Below are positions 51,511-64,000 of a stretch of 64,000 nt of DNA, piece by piece; the stretch's first letter is position 1; each line of letters begins with the position of its first letter. The position numbers were made by a program, and so were the translations under genes. The DNA lies in NCBI GenBank assembly GCA_030390025.1, contig JASTWF010000033.1, forward strand, positions 312,001-376,000, given 5' to 3'. Under the pieces are notes generated by a model. That model did no database searches, was not told the origin of the DNA, and saw only the letters and a list, made by a program, of their open reading frames with translations. This stretch comes from Squalus acanthias. Taxonomy: Eukaryota.

Positions 51511-53064
51511 TATTAAAGTAAATGTTTTCAACTGATTTAAACATTAAAAATCCTTTAAAATTAGTTCAGGTTATTTTTGGTCCTTTTAAAGATGTTAAAA
51601 ATTTTTTTCAAAAACTTAAATTTTTGTATTAAATGTTTAATTAAATTGCATTTTAAATAATTTTTAACATGTGATAATTGATTTTCATTTCGGTTGAGTG
51701 GAAATTTATTTTTTACGTGGTTCATAATATGCTCAGTAGGATTCCATACGTAAATGGAGTCTTCATAAGCATAATGGGAATCCCCCTTTTTGATACCATG
51801 GGTTGGCCCACGGAATCCCAGGGACGGTTGTGAAGCGCATGCGCCCCTGGGATCCGTGGGCCTTTCGGCAGGCGAAGGACTGCAGGCCCAGGAGCGCGAC
51901 TCTTGGTAGGTGCAGCGCCATCAGTTAAGTACGGATTTTAATTGCGGTTCGGAGGCCTTCGCCCGCGGGAAGGCTCCGAAAGTAAATTCAGGTCCATTGT
52001 TTGAGATAATTGCGGAGGAATAATTTGTTTTGATTGGGTAATGGCTCGTTTGACATATTGGGGGAGAGGTACATCTTTCACACGTGTTCAGCCTTCGTCC
52101 AACATGATTGTGATCCGTAATCGATTATTTGGTCTGACACTATGTTGGAGGGAGCCATTTCAGACGAATGTTGCTAAGCGTCGATATGCAATCGTTGCGA
52201 GCCGTAATTGCAAGAGCAAAGTGCATGTTTTAGATTTACTTTGCATGAACTTACATTCATGATCTTCAAGGTAGGCCCTTACTTTCCTTTGAAGTCATTT
52301 GATGAGCTCAGCTTGTTCCGTAACATTTAATGCTTTACATGGCTGAATGAGATGCTTGTTAACCTTCTTCTCGCTGGGCATTAAGGCTGAACTTTCAACT
52401 TATCTCATCTCCTTTAAATTTCTATGCATGTAGATCTTTTCTGAAGGGCCCTGAGCAAAAGTGGTTCTAAAACTACATGGATCTGATAAATTAATTCTAA
52501 ATCCTCAGCATGCCCTCTGTATACATGAACTGCTCTTGCGATGTGTCCTAACATGTTATTTCCTTTTTTACCCACACAATCTCAAAAATAACAGTGACTT
52601 TTCTGTCCTTACTCCTGAGTCCTTGCTTCGAGTTGCAACTTTCAGACTCTTCATTGTGCTTTCGCCCATAATTTTGTTAAGCCAATATGGATTACTTCAC
52701 ATTTGCTACAGTCAAATACACCACATTCTCAGAGGTAATGATGAATTTCACCAGGGCAATGGTTACTGCACGGTTACAACGTCGTGTGCAGTTTTAGCCG
52801 CTCCTCTATAGAAAGGACATAATAGTCATAGAGCGTGGGCAATGTAGATTCACCAGGGCAATGCCAGGAATGGAAACTGATTCACTGAAAGAGATGGGAT
52901 TGTTGGAGTGGAGCAGAGAAGACTAAGAGGAGATTTATAGTGGTTTTCAGAAACATGAAGGGTTTTGTTAGGATGAAGAGGGAAATCTATTCCCTATGGT
53001 TGGGGAGTCAATGGTAAGATAGTTATTAAGTGAGTCGGGAGAGAGGTTCGGAGAAATTGCTTTA

Positions 53065-53700
53065 CATAAGAACAAAATAAATAGGAGCAGGAGTAGGCCA
53101 TTTGCCCCCTCGAGCCTGCTCCACTATTTAATGTGATCATGGCTGATCTGATCTTGGGCTCAGCTCCATTTCCCTGCCCGTTCCCCATAACCCTTCACTC
53201 CCTTATTGTTCAAAAATCTGTGTATCTCCACCTTAAATATATTCAATGACCCAGCCTTCACAGCTCTCTAGGGCAGAGAATTCCACAGATTTATGAGCCT
53301 CTGAGAGAAGAAATTCCTCCTCATCTCAGTTTTAAATGGGCGACACCTTATTCTGAAACTATGCCTCCTAGTTCTAGATTCCCCCATGAGGGGAAACATC
53401 TTCTCTGCAACTACCTTGTCGAGCCCCCTCAGTATCTTATATGTTTCAATAAGATCACCTCTCATTCTTCTAAACTACAATGAGTATCGGCCCAACCTGC
53501 TCAAACTTTCTTCTGAAGACAAGCCCTTCATCTTAGGAATCAAACTCGTATACCTTCTCTGAACTGCCTCTAATGCAAATTTATCCCTCCTTAAATAAGG
53601 ATAATATAACTGTACGCAGTACTCCAGTTGTGGTCTCACCAATGCCCTGTACAGTTGTAACATGATTTCCCTGCTTTTATACACCAACCCCCTTGCAATA
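53065..53700 (-). mobile_element. CR1 3' fragment
   Basis: ORFs 53268-53465 and 53475-53750; 3' UTR hairpin. Confidence 0.9.
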
Positions 53701-53779
53701 ACATTATTGGAGCAAGCTTTTACACGAGACATTGTTGTGGCAGAGTCCATTACATCTTTTAGGGGAATACATGATTACT

Positions 53780-55045
53780 ATTAGAAGTGGAAGGAACGTG
53801 CTATTGGGGAGAGCGGGATTGGTTTCGGATTAATACACGGTTTTTTTGAAGAGAGCGGGAGAGTGGGATTTGTTTTCAATTGATGCAGGGCAATGGGGAG
53901 CGAACGGGATAGATGCATCAGTTTGGATTGATACAGGGCTGTGGAAGAAAGCTGGGCGGTGGGTTCAGTATTCGATGGATACAGAGCAATGGGAGAAAGC
54001 GCGGTAATGTGGTTAGTTTTGGATTGATACAGGACCATGTGAAGAAAACTGGGACGTGGGATTAGTTTGACCTTGATACAGGACTATGGGGAGAGAGCGG
54101 CAGAATTTGTTTGCATTGGATTGTTGTAAGGCTATGTGTAGAGAGTGTGACAGAGGGATTATTATCGGATTGATACAGTGCTCTGTAAAGCGGGCCGAGC
54201 AGCCTGATTAGTGTCAGATTGATGAAGATCTAAGGGTCGATGGCTGAGCCGTGGGATTCCTTTAGAGCTAATACGGGGTAATGGGAAGAGAGTGAGGAAG
54301 AGGCATTTGTTTGGAATGGTACAGGATTTTGGGTAGTGAGCAGTGCAGTAGGATTAGTTTAGGCTTGATTCAGGGCTATAGAGAGAGAATGGAGCAATGG
54401 GAATAGTTTGTGATGATGTAGCAACATGGGGAGAGAATGGGGCAATGCGATTAGTTTGTGATGATGTAAGTTAATGGGGCGAGGGTTTGGCAGAGGCATT
54501 ACTATATGAGTAATACCGGACTATGGGGAGAGAACGGGGTAATGAGATGAGCTTGTGGTGATACAGTAATATGGGAAGAAAATGGGGCCGTGGGATTAGT
54601 TTAGAATTAATACCGGGTAATGGGGAGAGAATGGGGTAGTGGGAATAGTTTGTGATGATACAGTACTATGTGGAGAGAACCAGACAGTAGTATTCGATTG
54701 TGATTGATACATGGCAATAGGGAGCGAGCTTGGCAGTGTGATTATTTTAGGATTGGCACAGGGACATTTGGAGAGAGTGGGGCCGTGGGATTGCTGCGAA
54801 ATTGATACAGAGCAAATGGGAAGACAGATGGTAACTTTGATTAATTTTGGATTCATAACGGCTACGGAGAGCGAGCGGGCAGTGCGATTATTTTGAAATT
54901 GTTACAGGGCTAAGGGGAGAGCAGGCTAGCAGATTCGCTTTGGAATGCAACTGGGCTCTGGGGAGAGATGGGTACAATGGAGTTTGTTATCGTTGGATAC
55001 AGGTATCTGGGCAGAGGGCGTGGGTGTGGAATTAGTTTGGCACTA
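53780..55045 (+). repeat. Highly degenerate 49-bp satellite (further patches at 56985-57550 and 60135-60310)
   Basis: GATTGATACAGGGCTATG/GGCAGTGGGATTAGTTT motifs. Confidence 0.85.
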
Positions 55046-55154
55046 ATTTAATTTACCCGTAACTTGAATTAGATCAATAAGTTGTTAAAATAAGCTAAGT
55101 TGATTAAATACATACAACTTAATTAAATAAATATGTAAAACAAGCTTATATAGG

Positions 55155-56985
55155 GATGGCATTGCAGGAGGTGTGCCTCAACTGCAGCATGTGGGATTTT
55201 GTGGAGAACATCGCAATCCCGGATAACTAAGCCTGCAGTAAGTGTCTGAATCTCAAGAACTTCGGCTCAGAGTTGTTGAGCTGGAGTCCGAGGCGCAGAC
55301 ATTGTGAAGCATCAGGGAGGGGGAGATTTATCTGGACACTTTCAACCAGAAGGCAGTCACACCCCGTGCATTCGATGGTGGTACAGGTCTGGTTAGTGGT
55401 CAGGGATAGGAGGGTGTGATTTCGAGTCACGCAGGAAAGGGGACCCTAGGTGCAATGCTGGAGGAGCCTCGTCCTTTGCCCTTATCCAAAAGGTACGAGC
55501 TTTTATCTGCCTGTGTGAATGAGGGCAACGTCTGCAGGGTGAATGATCAAACTGATCACTGCACCTTGGTACAGGGGGCCATTAACTTTGGGGTTGGGGG
55601 TGGTGAAAAGGAATGTGGTAGTGGTAGGGATTGTATCGGAACGGGGATGGATACTGTCCTCTGCAGCCATGACCAGGAGTTCCGAAGGTTGTGTCGCCTG
55701 GTCGGCGCCAGGGTTAAGGATATCACCTCGCAGCTGGAGAAGAACTTGGAGTGAAAGGGAAATCGTGTTTGACATATTTATTAGAGCTCTTTAGCGATGT
55801 AACTAGAAGGGTAGATAATACAGAACCAGTGGATGCAGTATATTTGATTTTCAAAAGGCATTCGATAAGGTGCCACATAAAAGGTTGTTACACAAGATAA
55901 AGGCAAATGGAGTTGGGGGTAATATATTAGCATGGATAGAGGATTGGTTAACGGACAGAAAACAGAGAGTAGAGTTTTTGTCTCCTTACCTAAGGAAAGA
56001 TATACTTGCCATAGAGGGAGTGCAACGAAGGTATACCAAACTGATTCCTTCGATGGGGGGATTGTCGTATGAGGAGAGATTGAGTAGACTACGCCTATAT
56101 TCTCTGGAGTTTAGAAGAATGAGAGGTGAGCTCATTGAAATATATAAAATTCTTACAGGGCTTGACAGGGTAGATGCAGGGAGGTTGATTTCCCTGGCTG
56201 GGGAGTCTAGAAACAGGAGTCACAGTCTCAGAATAAGCGGTTGTTTTTTTAGGACTGAGATGAGGTGAAATTTCTTCACTCAGAGGGTGGTAACTCTTAG
56301 GAATGCTCGACCCAGAGGGCTGTGGAGGCTCAGTCTTTGAGTATATTCAAGTCAAAGATCGATAGATTTTTGGATATTACGGAAATCAAGGGATATTTCG
56401 ATAATGCAGGAGAGTGGAGATGAGGTACAAGATCAGCCATGATCTTGTTGAATGGCGGAGCAGGCTCGAGGGGCCGAATGACCTACTCATGCTCCTTATG
56501 TTCTTATAAACGGTCATTTTCACATTGGCAAGCTGTAATTGTTGGGTGCCGCAAGGATCAGTGCTTGGGCCCGAGCTACTTACAATCTATATCAGTGACT
56601 TAGATGATGGGACCGAGTGCAATGTATCCAAGTTTTCGGACGATATCAAACTAGGTGGAAAAATAAGATGTGAGGAGGACACTCAGAGCCAGCAAAGTGG
56701 TGTAGACAGGTTATGTGAGTGGGCAATAAGTTGGCAGATGGAGTATAATGTGGGGAAATGTGAGGATATTCATTTTGCTAGGAAGAATTGACAAACAGAA
56801 TATTTTTTAAATGGAGAGGAAATATTAAATGTTGGTGTTCAGAGAGATTTGGGTGTCCTAGTACAAGAAACACAGAGAGTTAGCAGGCAGGTACAGCAAA
56901 CAATTAGGAAGGTAAATGGCATGTTGGTCATTATTCCAAGGGGTTGGAATACAAGAGTAAGGAAGTCTTACTACAATTTAACAGG
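55155..56985 (+). mobile_element. CR1 ORF1 remnant (zinc finger and esterase-like) followed by rearranged ORF2 fragments
   Basis: CLNCSMW..CSKC and GARVKDI motifs; ORFs 55870-56268 and 56525-56791 (KFSDD). Confidence 0.75.
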
Positions 56986-57549
56986 GCTATGTGGAGAGAG
57001 TGGGCCAGCGGAATTAGTTTGGGAATGTTTCAGGTATATGGGAGAAGCGCTGGGCAGTGGGATCTGTTTGGGATTGATAGAGGGCAATGGAGAGAGAATG
57101 GATTTGTTTTGGACCCATATCGGGCCATGGGAAGATGTCGGGTGGTGGGATAAGATTGGGATTGAGGCGGAACAATGGGGACAGCGCGTGACTGATTTGC
57201 AATTGATAGCAATTCATTCCAGAGAGCATGACAATGTGTTTAGCTTTAGATTGATACACCACTATGGGGAGAAAGCAGGGCAGTGAGATTAGTATGGCAT
57301 TGATGCCGATCTAAAGGTTAAAGCGGGGCAGTGGGATTAGTCTGAGATTGATATTGAATTAAGGGTTAAAGGTGTGGCAGTGGTATTAGGCAGTTATTGA
57401 TACAGAGCTATAGGGGGGAGCGGAGAAATGTGTTTCGTTTAGGATTGATACAGGGCTATGGATAGAGAGTAAGTCAGTGAGAGTAGTTTGGGATTGATAC
57501 AGGATTGTGTGGAGAGAGCGGGCCTGCGGGATTAGTTTTCGATTAATGC

Positions 57550-59320
57550 ATAGGGACAAAGGAACAAGAGTAGGTCATTCAGCCCCTTGAGCCTGTGCCG
57601 CCATGCAATGAGACCATGGCTGATTTTATCTTAACTCCATCCACTCACCTTGGCTCAATTTCCTTTACTACCCTCCTGTATAAATCAATAAATCAATCGA
57701 TCTCAGTTTTCAAATTATTCATTGAGCTAGCATGTACCGCTTTTTATAGGAGACAGTTCCATAATTCTACCACCCTTTGCGTCATGAAGTGTTTTCGAAC
57801 CTTTCTACTGAAAGATCTGTCTCTGATTTTAAGGTTCTGTTCCCTTGTTCTAGACTCGCTCTCCAGCAGAAAAACATTATTTCCTTCTACCCTATCAATT
57901 CCTTTCAAAATCCTAAAAACCTCAATCAAATCATTTCATAAACTTTTATATTCCAGGGAATATAAAACTATAATCTATAATCTCTCCTCATAATCTAATC
58001 GTTGCAGCGCGGGTAAAGATTCTGGTACATCTACGCTGCACTCCTTCCAAGGCTAATACAACCTTTGTAAGGTGTGGTGACCAGAACTGTACATAATAAC
58101 TTAGATTGCGTCTTACCAGGGTTTGTATAGCAGTAGCAAAACTTCCACGCGTTATATTATAGCCCTCTGGTTATAAAGGATAACATTCCATTGCCCGTTG
58201 TGATTATTTTTGTACATGTCTAATGCATTTTAGTGAACTGTATGCATGGATCCCAACAGCTCTTTGGACCCCCACTTTTCCCAGTTTTTCACCATTACAA
58301 TAATACTTGGATGTATTCGTTTTTGTCGAAAATGGATGACATCACTCTTACCTCCGTTGAAACCCATCGGCCACAGTTTCACTCACTTACTTAATCTATC
58401 AAAGTCTCTTTGTATTTTTATCGACCTGTCTATTCTACTTCTTATACCACCAATCCTGTGTGATAGGAACACTTGGATATATAGCTCACAACTGTTTTAT
58501 CCACGTCCTGAATAAATATAGTGAATAGCTGAGGCACCACAACAGAATCTTGTGGGACACAAATAGTCAGTTCATTCCAAAGCGAGTATCCCTACTCTCT
58601 GTCTTCTGATGACGACCCAATCTCTTAACCAGCTCCATAATGCGCCTTCCTTTCAAGGAGCTTTATTTTTAGCTAACAGTCTCTTATGGGGATCCTTTAC
58701 AAAGGCTTCTGAAAGTCCATAATAACTACATCCATTGACATTCCCCTGTCTACTAATTTAGTTACTTACTAAAAAATTCAGGTAGGTTTGTTAGACATGA
58801 CCTAAACTTTACAAATCCATGTTGGCTCTTTCTAATCAGCTCAAATTTCTCTAAGTGCTCAGTCACTCTGTCCTTAATCATAGATTCCAGTAACTTCAAC
58901 ACAACAGCTGTTAGGCTTACAGGTCAATAACTTATTGGGTCCTCTCTCTCTCACCTTTGTTAAATAATGGAGTTACATTTACAATTTTCCAATCTAAAGG
59001 GCCAATTCATGAATCGAGAGAGGTATGAAAGATTATGGCTAGAGAATCTACAATTGCCTCACCTACTTCTTTAAAACCACGGGGCAGAAACCATCAGATC
59101 CTCGCCATTTGTCAATCTTTAGTGCCATTATTTTTTCTGATATCGTTGTCTTGCTTACGTTAAATTTGGTGATTTCCAGTCTTTGACTCATTATTAGCGA
59201 CCCTGGATTATCAGGTATATTTTCCTCTTCCTCTACTGTGAAGACTGACACAATGTAATTATTCAAAAGTTCTGCCATTTCCTTATTTTGATTTGTAATA
59301 TTACCCCAATCTGTATTTAG
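57550..59320 (-). mobile_element. Degenerate CR1 ORF2 3' portion
   Basis: ORFs 57744-57929 and 59063-59329 are colinear with CR1 ORF2. Confidence 0.85.
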
Positions 59321-59354
59321 AGAGCACATATTTCTGACTGAAGAGAATTATGCA

Positions 59355-60130
59355 GAGGGGTCCCCAAGCGTCGGTACCAGGACAATGGCTTTTCTTGTTG
59401 TTTTAAATGACCTGGATTTGGATATAGGGAATACAATTTGGAATCTTGCCGACAATACAAAACTTGGCAACGTAGTAAATAGTGAGCATGATAATAGCAG
59501 ACATCAGAAGGACATGTACAGACTGGTGAAATGAGCAGACACCTAAGATGCAATTTTATACTGATAAGGGTGAAGTGATTCACTTTAGGAGAAACAACTT
59601 GGAGAGGCGGTATAATCTAAATGGTGCTATTTTTGTGGTGTTCAGGAACAGAGGGAACTGGGTATGCATGTTCACAAATCCTTGAAGGTGGCAGGGTAAG
59701 TTCAACAGGCGGTTAATAAAGTGTAAGGGATAATTGGCTTTATAAATAGTGGTACTGAATACAAAAAAACAGGGATGTCGTGCTAAACATGTATATATGT
59801 CTGGGTAGGCCTCTGCTGGAGTATTGTCTACAATTCTGGGCCCCGCACTTTAGGAAGGATGTCAAGGCCTTGTAGAGGGTACAGAGGAGGTTCACCAGAA
59901 TTATACAAGGGATGAGGGAGTTCAATTAGCTGAGATTGTTCTCCTTAGAGCAGAGTAGGATGAGGGGAGAGCTAATAGAGATATCCAAAATTATGAGGCG
60001 TTTTGATAGAGCAAACAGGGAGAAACTATTTCCTCTGTCATGTAGGTCGATAATCGGAGGTCATAGATTTAAAATAATTAGCGAAAGAACGAGAGGGGGA
60101 ATGAGAAGACTGTTTTCACACTGTGGGTTG
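59355..60130 (+). mobile_element. Degenerate CR1 fragment
   Basis: LEYCLQFWAPHFRKDV and FSLEQSRMRGELIE. Confidence 0.8.
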
Positions 60131-60279
60131 TTTAAATAGGGCTATGCGCAGCGAGTACAGCAGAGGATCTGTTTCGGAATGTTACAGGTCTAATGGCAGG
60201 GAGTGGCGTAAGGCGATTAGTTTGGGAATGATACAGGCCTACCTCCAAGGAGAGGGGTAATTTGATTAGTTTGGGAATG

Positions 60280-62640
60280 ATACAGGGCTATGGGCAGGGA
60301 GCGGGGCAGACGCTATTTTAAAATGTCATGTAGAAATGTGTTTCACTGTAGTGAGTAGCAGAAATAACATTACTGTGCACCGTTGAGTTTCGGTACAGGT
60401 CGGCGGTAATTAATAGTTTCTCAGTCAGTTTCCTTTTTTGCTGAACAGTGAGTTCCCATGGAAACCGTTCACCAGCGCTATCAGCAACAGTCAGCTTTCC
60501 TGAGCAGTGTCGGGGGCTTCATCAAGAACTCTCAGTACCAACAAGGAAACGATTCATCATTCTCTGCAAGTCTCTGACATTTAACGGCCACAATGTGCAC
60601 GATAACAGTGAGTCAGAAAAGGTTTCATAAAATCGGTCCTGTGAAATGTGGACGATGTGAATTTAACGTCATATAATTACAAAATATGTGCAATTTAAAC
60701 GTCCCTGTAGAGCCCGGCTATCCCCAATATATTCCAATGCTGCACCTCGCACAATCTGGCTTTTTCTTTCCTGAATCATTGCTCCCTTGTCTAGTTCACT
60801 GTCTTTACTCAGCGTGGGGTGTGCTCTACACTGGAGAGACCAGAAACACAGCAGGTCACCGCTTTACCCAACACATTCCTTCTGTCCGGAAATGTCACAC
60901 TGACTGCTCTGTGTTTCAACTCATTAAACGCCCCACAGCCTTATACCATATATTAGTGGAGGCACAAAGACAGACCTGTCCAAGACTGGAGTTCAATCAT
61001 AATATTCAGTGTAAACCACACAGCACGAGATCCAAACACCGCCTGAACCTTGAAGTGAATTTCACCCTTTGTGATTTAACAATCTGGCTGGTAGCTTCCC
61101 ATTAGAACGGCCATTTGCCTTTCCCATTCTCTGAATCAGTGCCACATCATTTATATTTATTATTATTATGATGTTTCCTACTCTTGGTGAACAACACCAG
61201 CCCCAGGACACAACACGGAAACGCCTGCACTGAGCCGGGAACAGTAGCTCCGCGAGCGATGCGATAAGATTTTATACTTTACAGAGTAACATTTCACAAT
61301 TCTCTGCGGTAAGGTTGTGATCATTTATTCGGCGCAACAACATGCATGAAAGTTGTTTTTTTTTACCGTGTTCCTTGTTGTCCGGGACTGTAGTTACGGA
61401 TCATTCACGGCTGCCCCGCCTGTGCTCATTGGATGGAATGACGGTGAAACCGCTCCAATGGGCTTTGGAGCCTTTGGCTGATGAGGACAAGGTGCTCTTT
61501 GCTGCCTCCTGCCGCCGCTACCCTGTGATTGCAATTGGTAAACAGAGTAAAGCGCCACTGGCGGAAGAAAAGGTTATTTTCACCTTCACCTCCTCCAATC
61601 AGGCATGATAAATAGGCAATTCGTGAGGCGCTGGAATCTGTCGGCGCTGGTGGAAACGCTAACCACCCCCCCCCCCCCCCGCCACCCCAAGCGGAATAAG
61701 GTACAGTCCACAGCAGAAGGAAGAACATTAAGGCGGTATTTGATAGCAACAACCGGAGTTATGCAGCACCACATACGATTTACAGCACAGAAATAGACCA
61801 TTCGCGCCAACAGGTCTATGCCGGTGTTTATGTTCCACACGAGCCTCATCCCACCTGACTTCGTCTAACCCTAACAGCATAACCTTCTATTCCGTTCTCC
61901 CTCATGTAAATATCTAGCTTCCCCTTAAATGCATCTATGCTAATCGTCTCAATACTTCATTGTGGTAGCAAGTTTCATATTCCAAAAGCTCTCTGGGTAT
62001 AGAAGTTGATCCTAATTCCCAGATTGGATTTATTAGTGACTGTTGTATATTTATACCCCTAGTTTTGGAATCCCCACAGGTGTAAACATCTTCTCTACAT
62101 CTACCCTATCGAAACACTTCATAATGTTAAAGTCTTCTATCAGGTCACCTCGCATCTCTTTTCAAGAGAAAATGTCCCCAGCCTGTTCAGTCTTGATGTA
62201 AGATGGCGATCCACAAGTACATCCAAGAGTTTTAACAGATGGATTCCCCGACAGTAGAATAGAGATAAGAAGATAATGTATACACTATGCAATTCATTGA
62301 CTGTCAGTGTATTCAATATACATATATCAAGGGCATAATGCAAAGATAACTGGTATTCCCCAGGAACCTGACTCAAATGACAGGAAAGAAAGAGGTCTGT
62401 GTCTAAATAACAGCTTGCCATGTCCACTGCACAGACCAGTAGAATTTATAAGCGGTGTAATGTATTTGTTGTTATGGATGACCAGTTAATCAATTCTTGG
62501 TGATGTTAATCGAGAGACAATGTTACTGGGACATCGCTTTGCTTCCTTGCATTTAGGATTAGGATCGAAGTAGAGGAATGGGAACTAAGTAAAGCGACAG
62601 GAAACTCAATAGAGTGATAGGATCTCAATAGAGCCTTAGG
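60280..62640 (+). repeat. Segmental duplication copy B (paralog of 14345-17900)
   Basis: Colinear alignment by eye; flanked by the same two satellites in the same order. Confidence 0.93.
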
Positions 62641-62936
62641 ATCTCAATAGAGTGTTAGGATATCAATAGAGCGTTAGGATCTCAATAGAGTGTTAGGATA
62701 TCAATAGAGTGAAAGGATGTCAATAGAGTGTTAGGATCTTAATAGAGTGATAGGATATCAACAGAGTGATAGATTCTCAATAGAGTGATAGAATCTCAAT
62801 AAGTGATAGGATCTCAATTGAGCGATAGGATCTCAATAGAGTGATAGGATATCAATAGAGTGAAATGATCACAATCGAGTGATAGGATCTCAATAGAGTG
62901 ATAGGATCTCAGTAGAGTGATAGGATCTCAATAGAG
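62600..62936 (+). repeat. 19-bp satellite, short array
   Basis: AATAGAGTGATAGGATCTC units. Confidence 0.95.
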
Positions 62937-63341
62937 GATGTAATAGCTGAGCACTTGAAAAACAGTGACAGCATCGGACAAAGTCAACATGGATTTTCAA
63001 AAGGTAAATCGTGCTTGACTAATCTACTGGAATTTTTTGAGGATGTAACTGGGAAAATAGATAAGGGAGAACCAGTAAATGTGGTGTATTTGGACTTTCA
63101 AAAGGCTTTCGATAAGCTCCCGCATAAGAGATTAGCGTGTAAATTTAAGGCACATGGGATTGGGGGCAAGGTATTGACTTGGATAGAGAACTGGTTGGTG
63201 GACAGAAAGCAAAGAGTAGGAATGAATGGGTATTTTTCAGAGTGGCAAGCAGTGACTAGTGGGGTACTGCAGGGATCGGTCCTTGGACCCCAGCTATTCA
63301 CAATATACATTAATGATCTAGATAAGGGAACTAAATGTAAC
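62937..63341 (+). mobile_element. CR1 RT fragment
   Basis: [36 protein letters not shown]. Confidence 0.92.
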
Positions 63342-64000
63342 GGCCCAAAAATTAGTGTTGCTACGCGAGAGTACGCACTGTGCACTCTCGCGTATTCTGT
63401 CTCCAATTGCCGGTTTTCTGCATGCACTGCGCATGCGCTGAAAACCGGCACTTGGTGAATTCAAAAGGGGGCGGTTCCTAAGTGAACCGTGTGCGCGCTA
63501 CAGGCTGCGCGCACGCAGTGCACTTAGTGCTTTGAACGCGCAGGTAAGTATGGAAGATTTTACACAAAAAGAAAGGAGGTGTAAGACCCTCTTTTAACAA
63601 GGTAAGTAGTTAATTAAGTATTATTTTGAATTTTTTTTAACAGGTATATCTTTTTTAGAGACTTTAAAGACAGTTAAGTTTATTTTTATAACTTTTTAAA
63701 AGATTTTAATTTTTTTCAAAAATTTAATTTTTTGTTTAAAATGGTTAATTTATTTAACTCTACTTATTTTATTAATGTGATGTTTTTTTTATTTAATTGA
63801 GGTTTAGCTGTTCTTTTGGGGGGTATAGATTCATAGCTTTCACAGCACTTATGTGAAAGCTATGAATGAAAGATGGTGTGCTGCCATTGGCTCTAACAAG
63901 GTCACGTGATGCCACAGCTCTCACGAATTAACTGCGCCTGTGGGATACGGAAGCACTGCCCAGCTGCTGTCCAGGACATCAAGTTCGTGCGAGCTGGGAC
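63342..64000. mobile_element. MITE of the same family as 22283-23045, running off the window
   Basis: GGCCCAAAAATTAG start; high similarity through the hairpin and AT-rich segments. Confidence 0.85.

Noticed and set aside
52047..52100. JH-like peptide YWGRGTSFT preceded by TTTGAC
   Set aside because: No CACTGTG heptamer or nonamer upstream, no GT donor at the expected position, and FD is out of frame; probably chance

Overview
Repeat-saturated vertebrate genomic DNA, most likely from a cartilaginous fish (inferred from CR1 LINEs, a SacSINE1/DeuSINE-like SINE, Penelope-like elements and the Ig TM exon style). The only host-gene exons I can support are the membrane exons of an immunoglobulin heavy chain on the + strand. 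There are two identical TM1 exons (24477-24634 and 29108-29265) inside a ~4.4-kb tandem duplication, and one candidate TM2 exon (35133-35141, V-N-stop). No V, D, J or CH exon was recognised. The rest is a 49-bp G-rich satellite with higher-order structure, a 19-bp satellite, one CR1 with an intact ORF2, many CR1/L2/RTE fragments, Penelope-like elements carrying minimal hammerhead motifs, and Harbinger-like MITEs. There is also a 122-bp perfect palindrome at the duplication junction, two paralogous CTCF-like sites downstream of TM2, and a ~46-kb-period segmental duplication (14.3-17.9 kb vs 60.3-62.6 kb). All calls were made by eye; boundaries of degenerate repeats are approximate.
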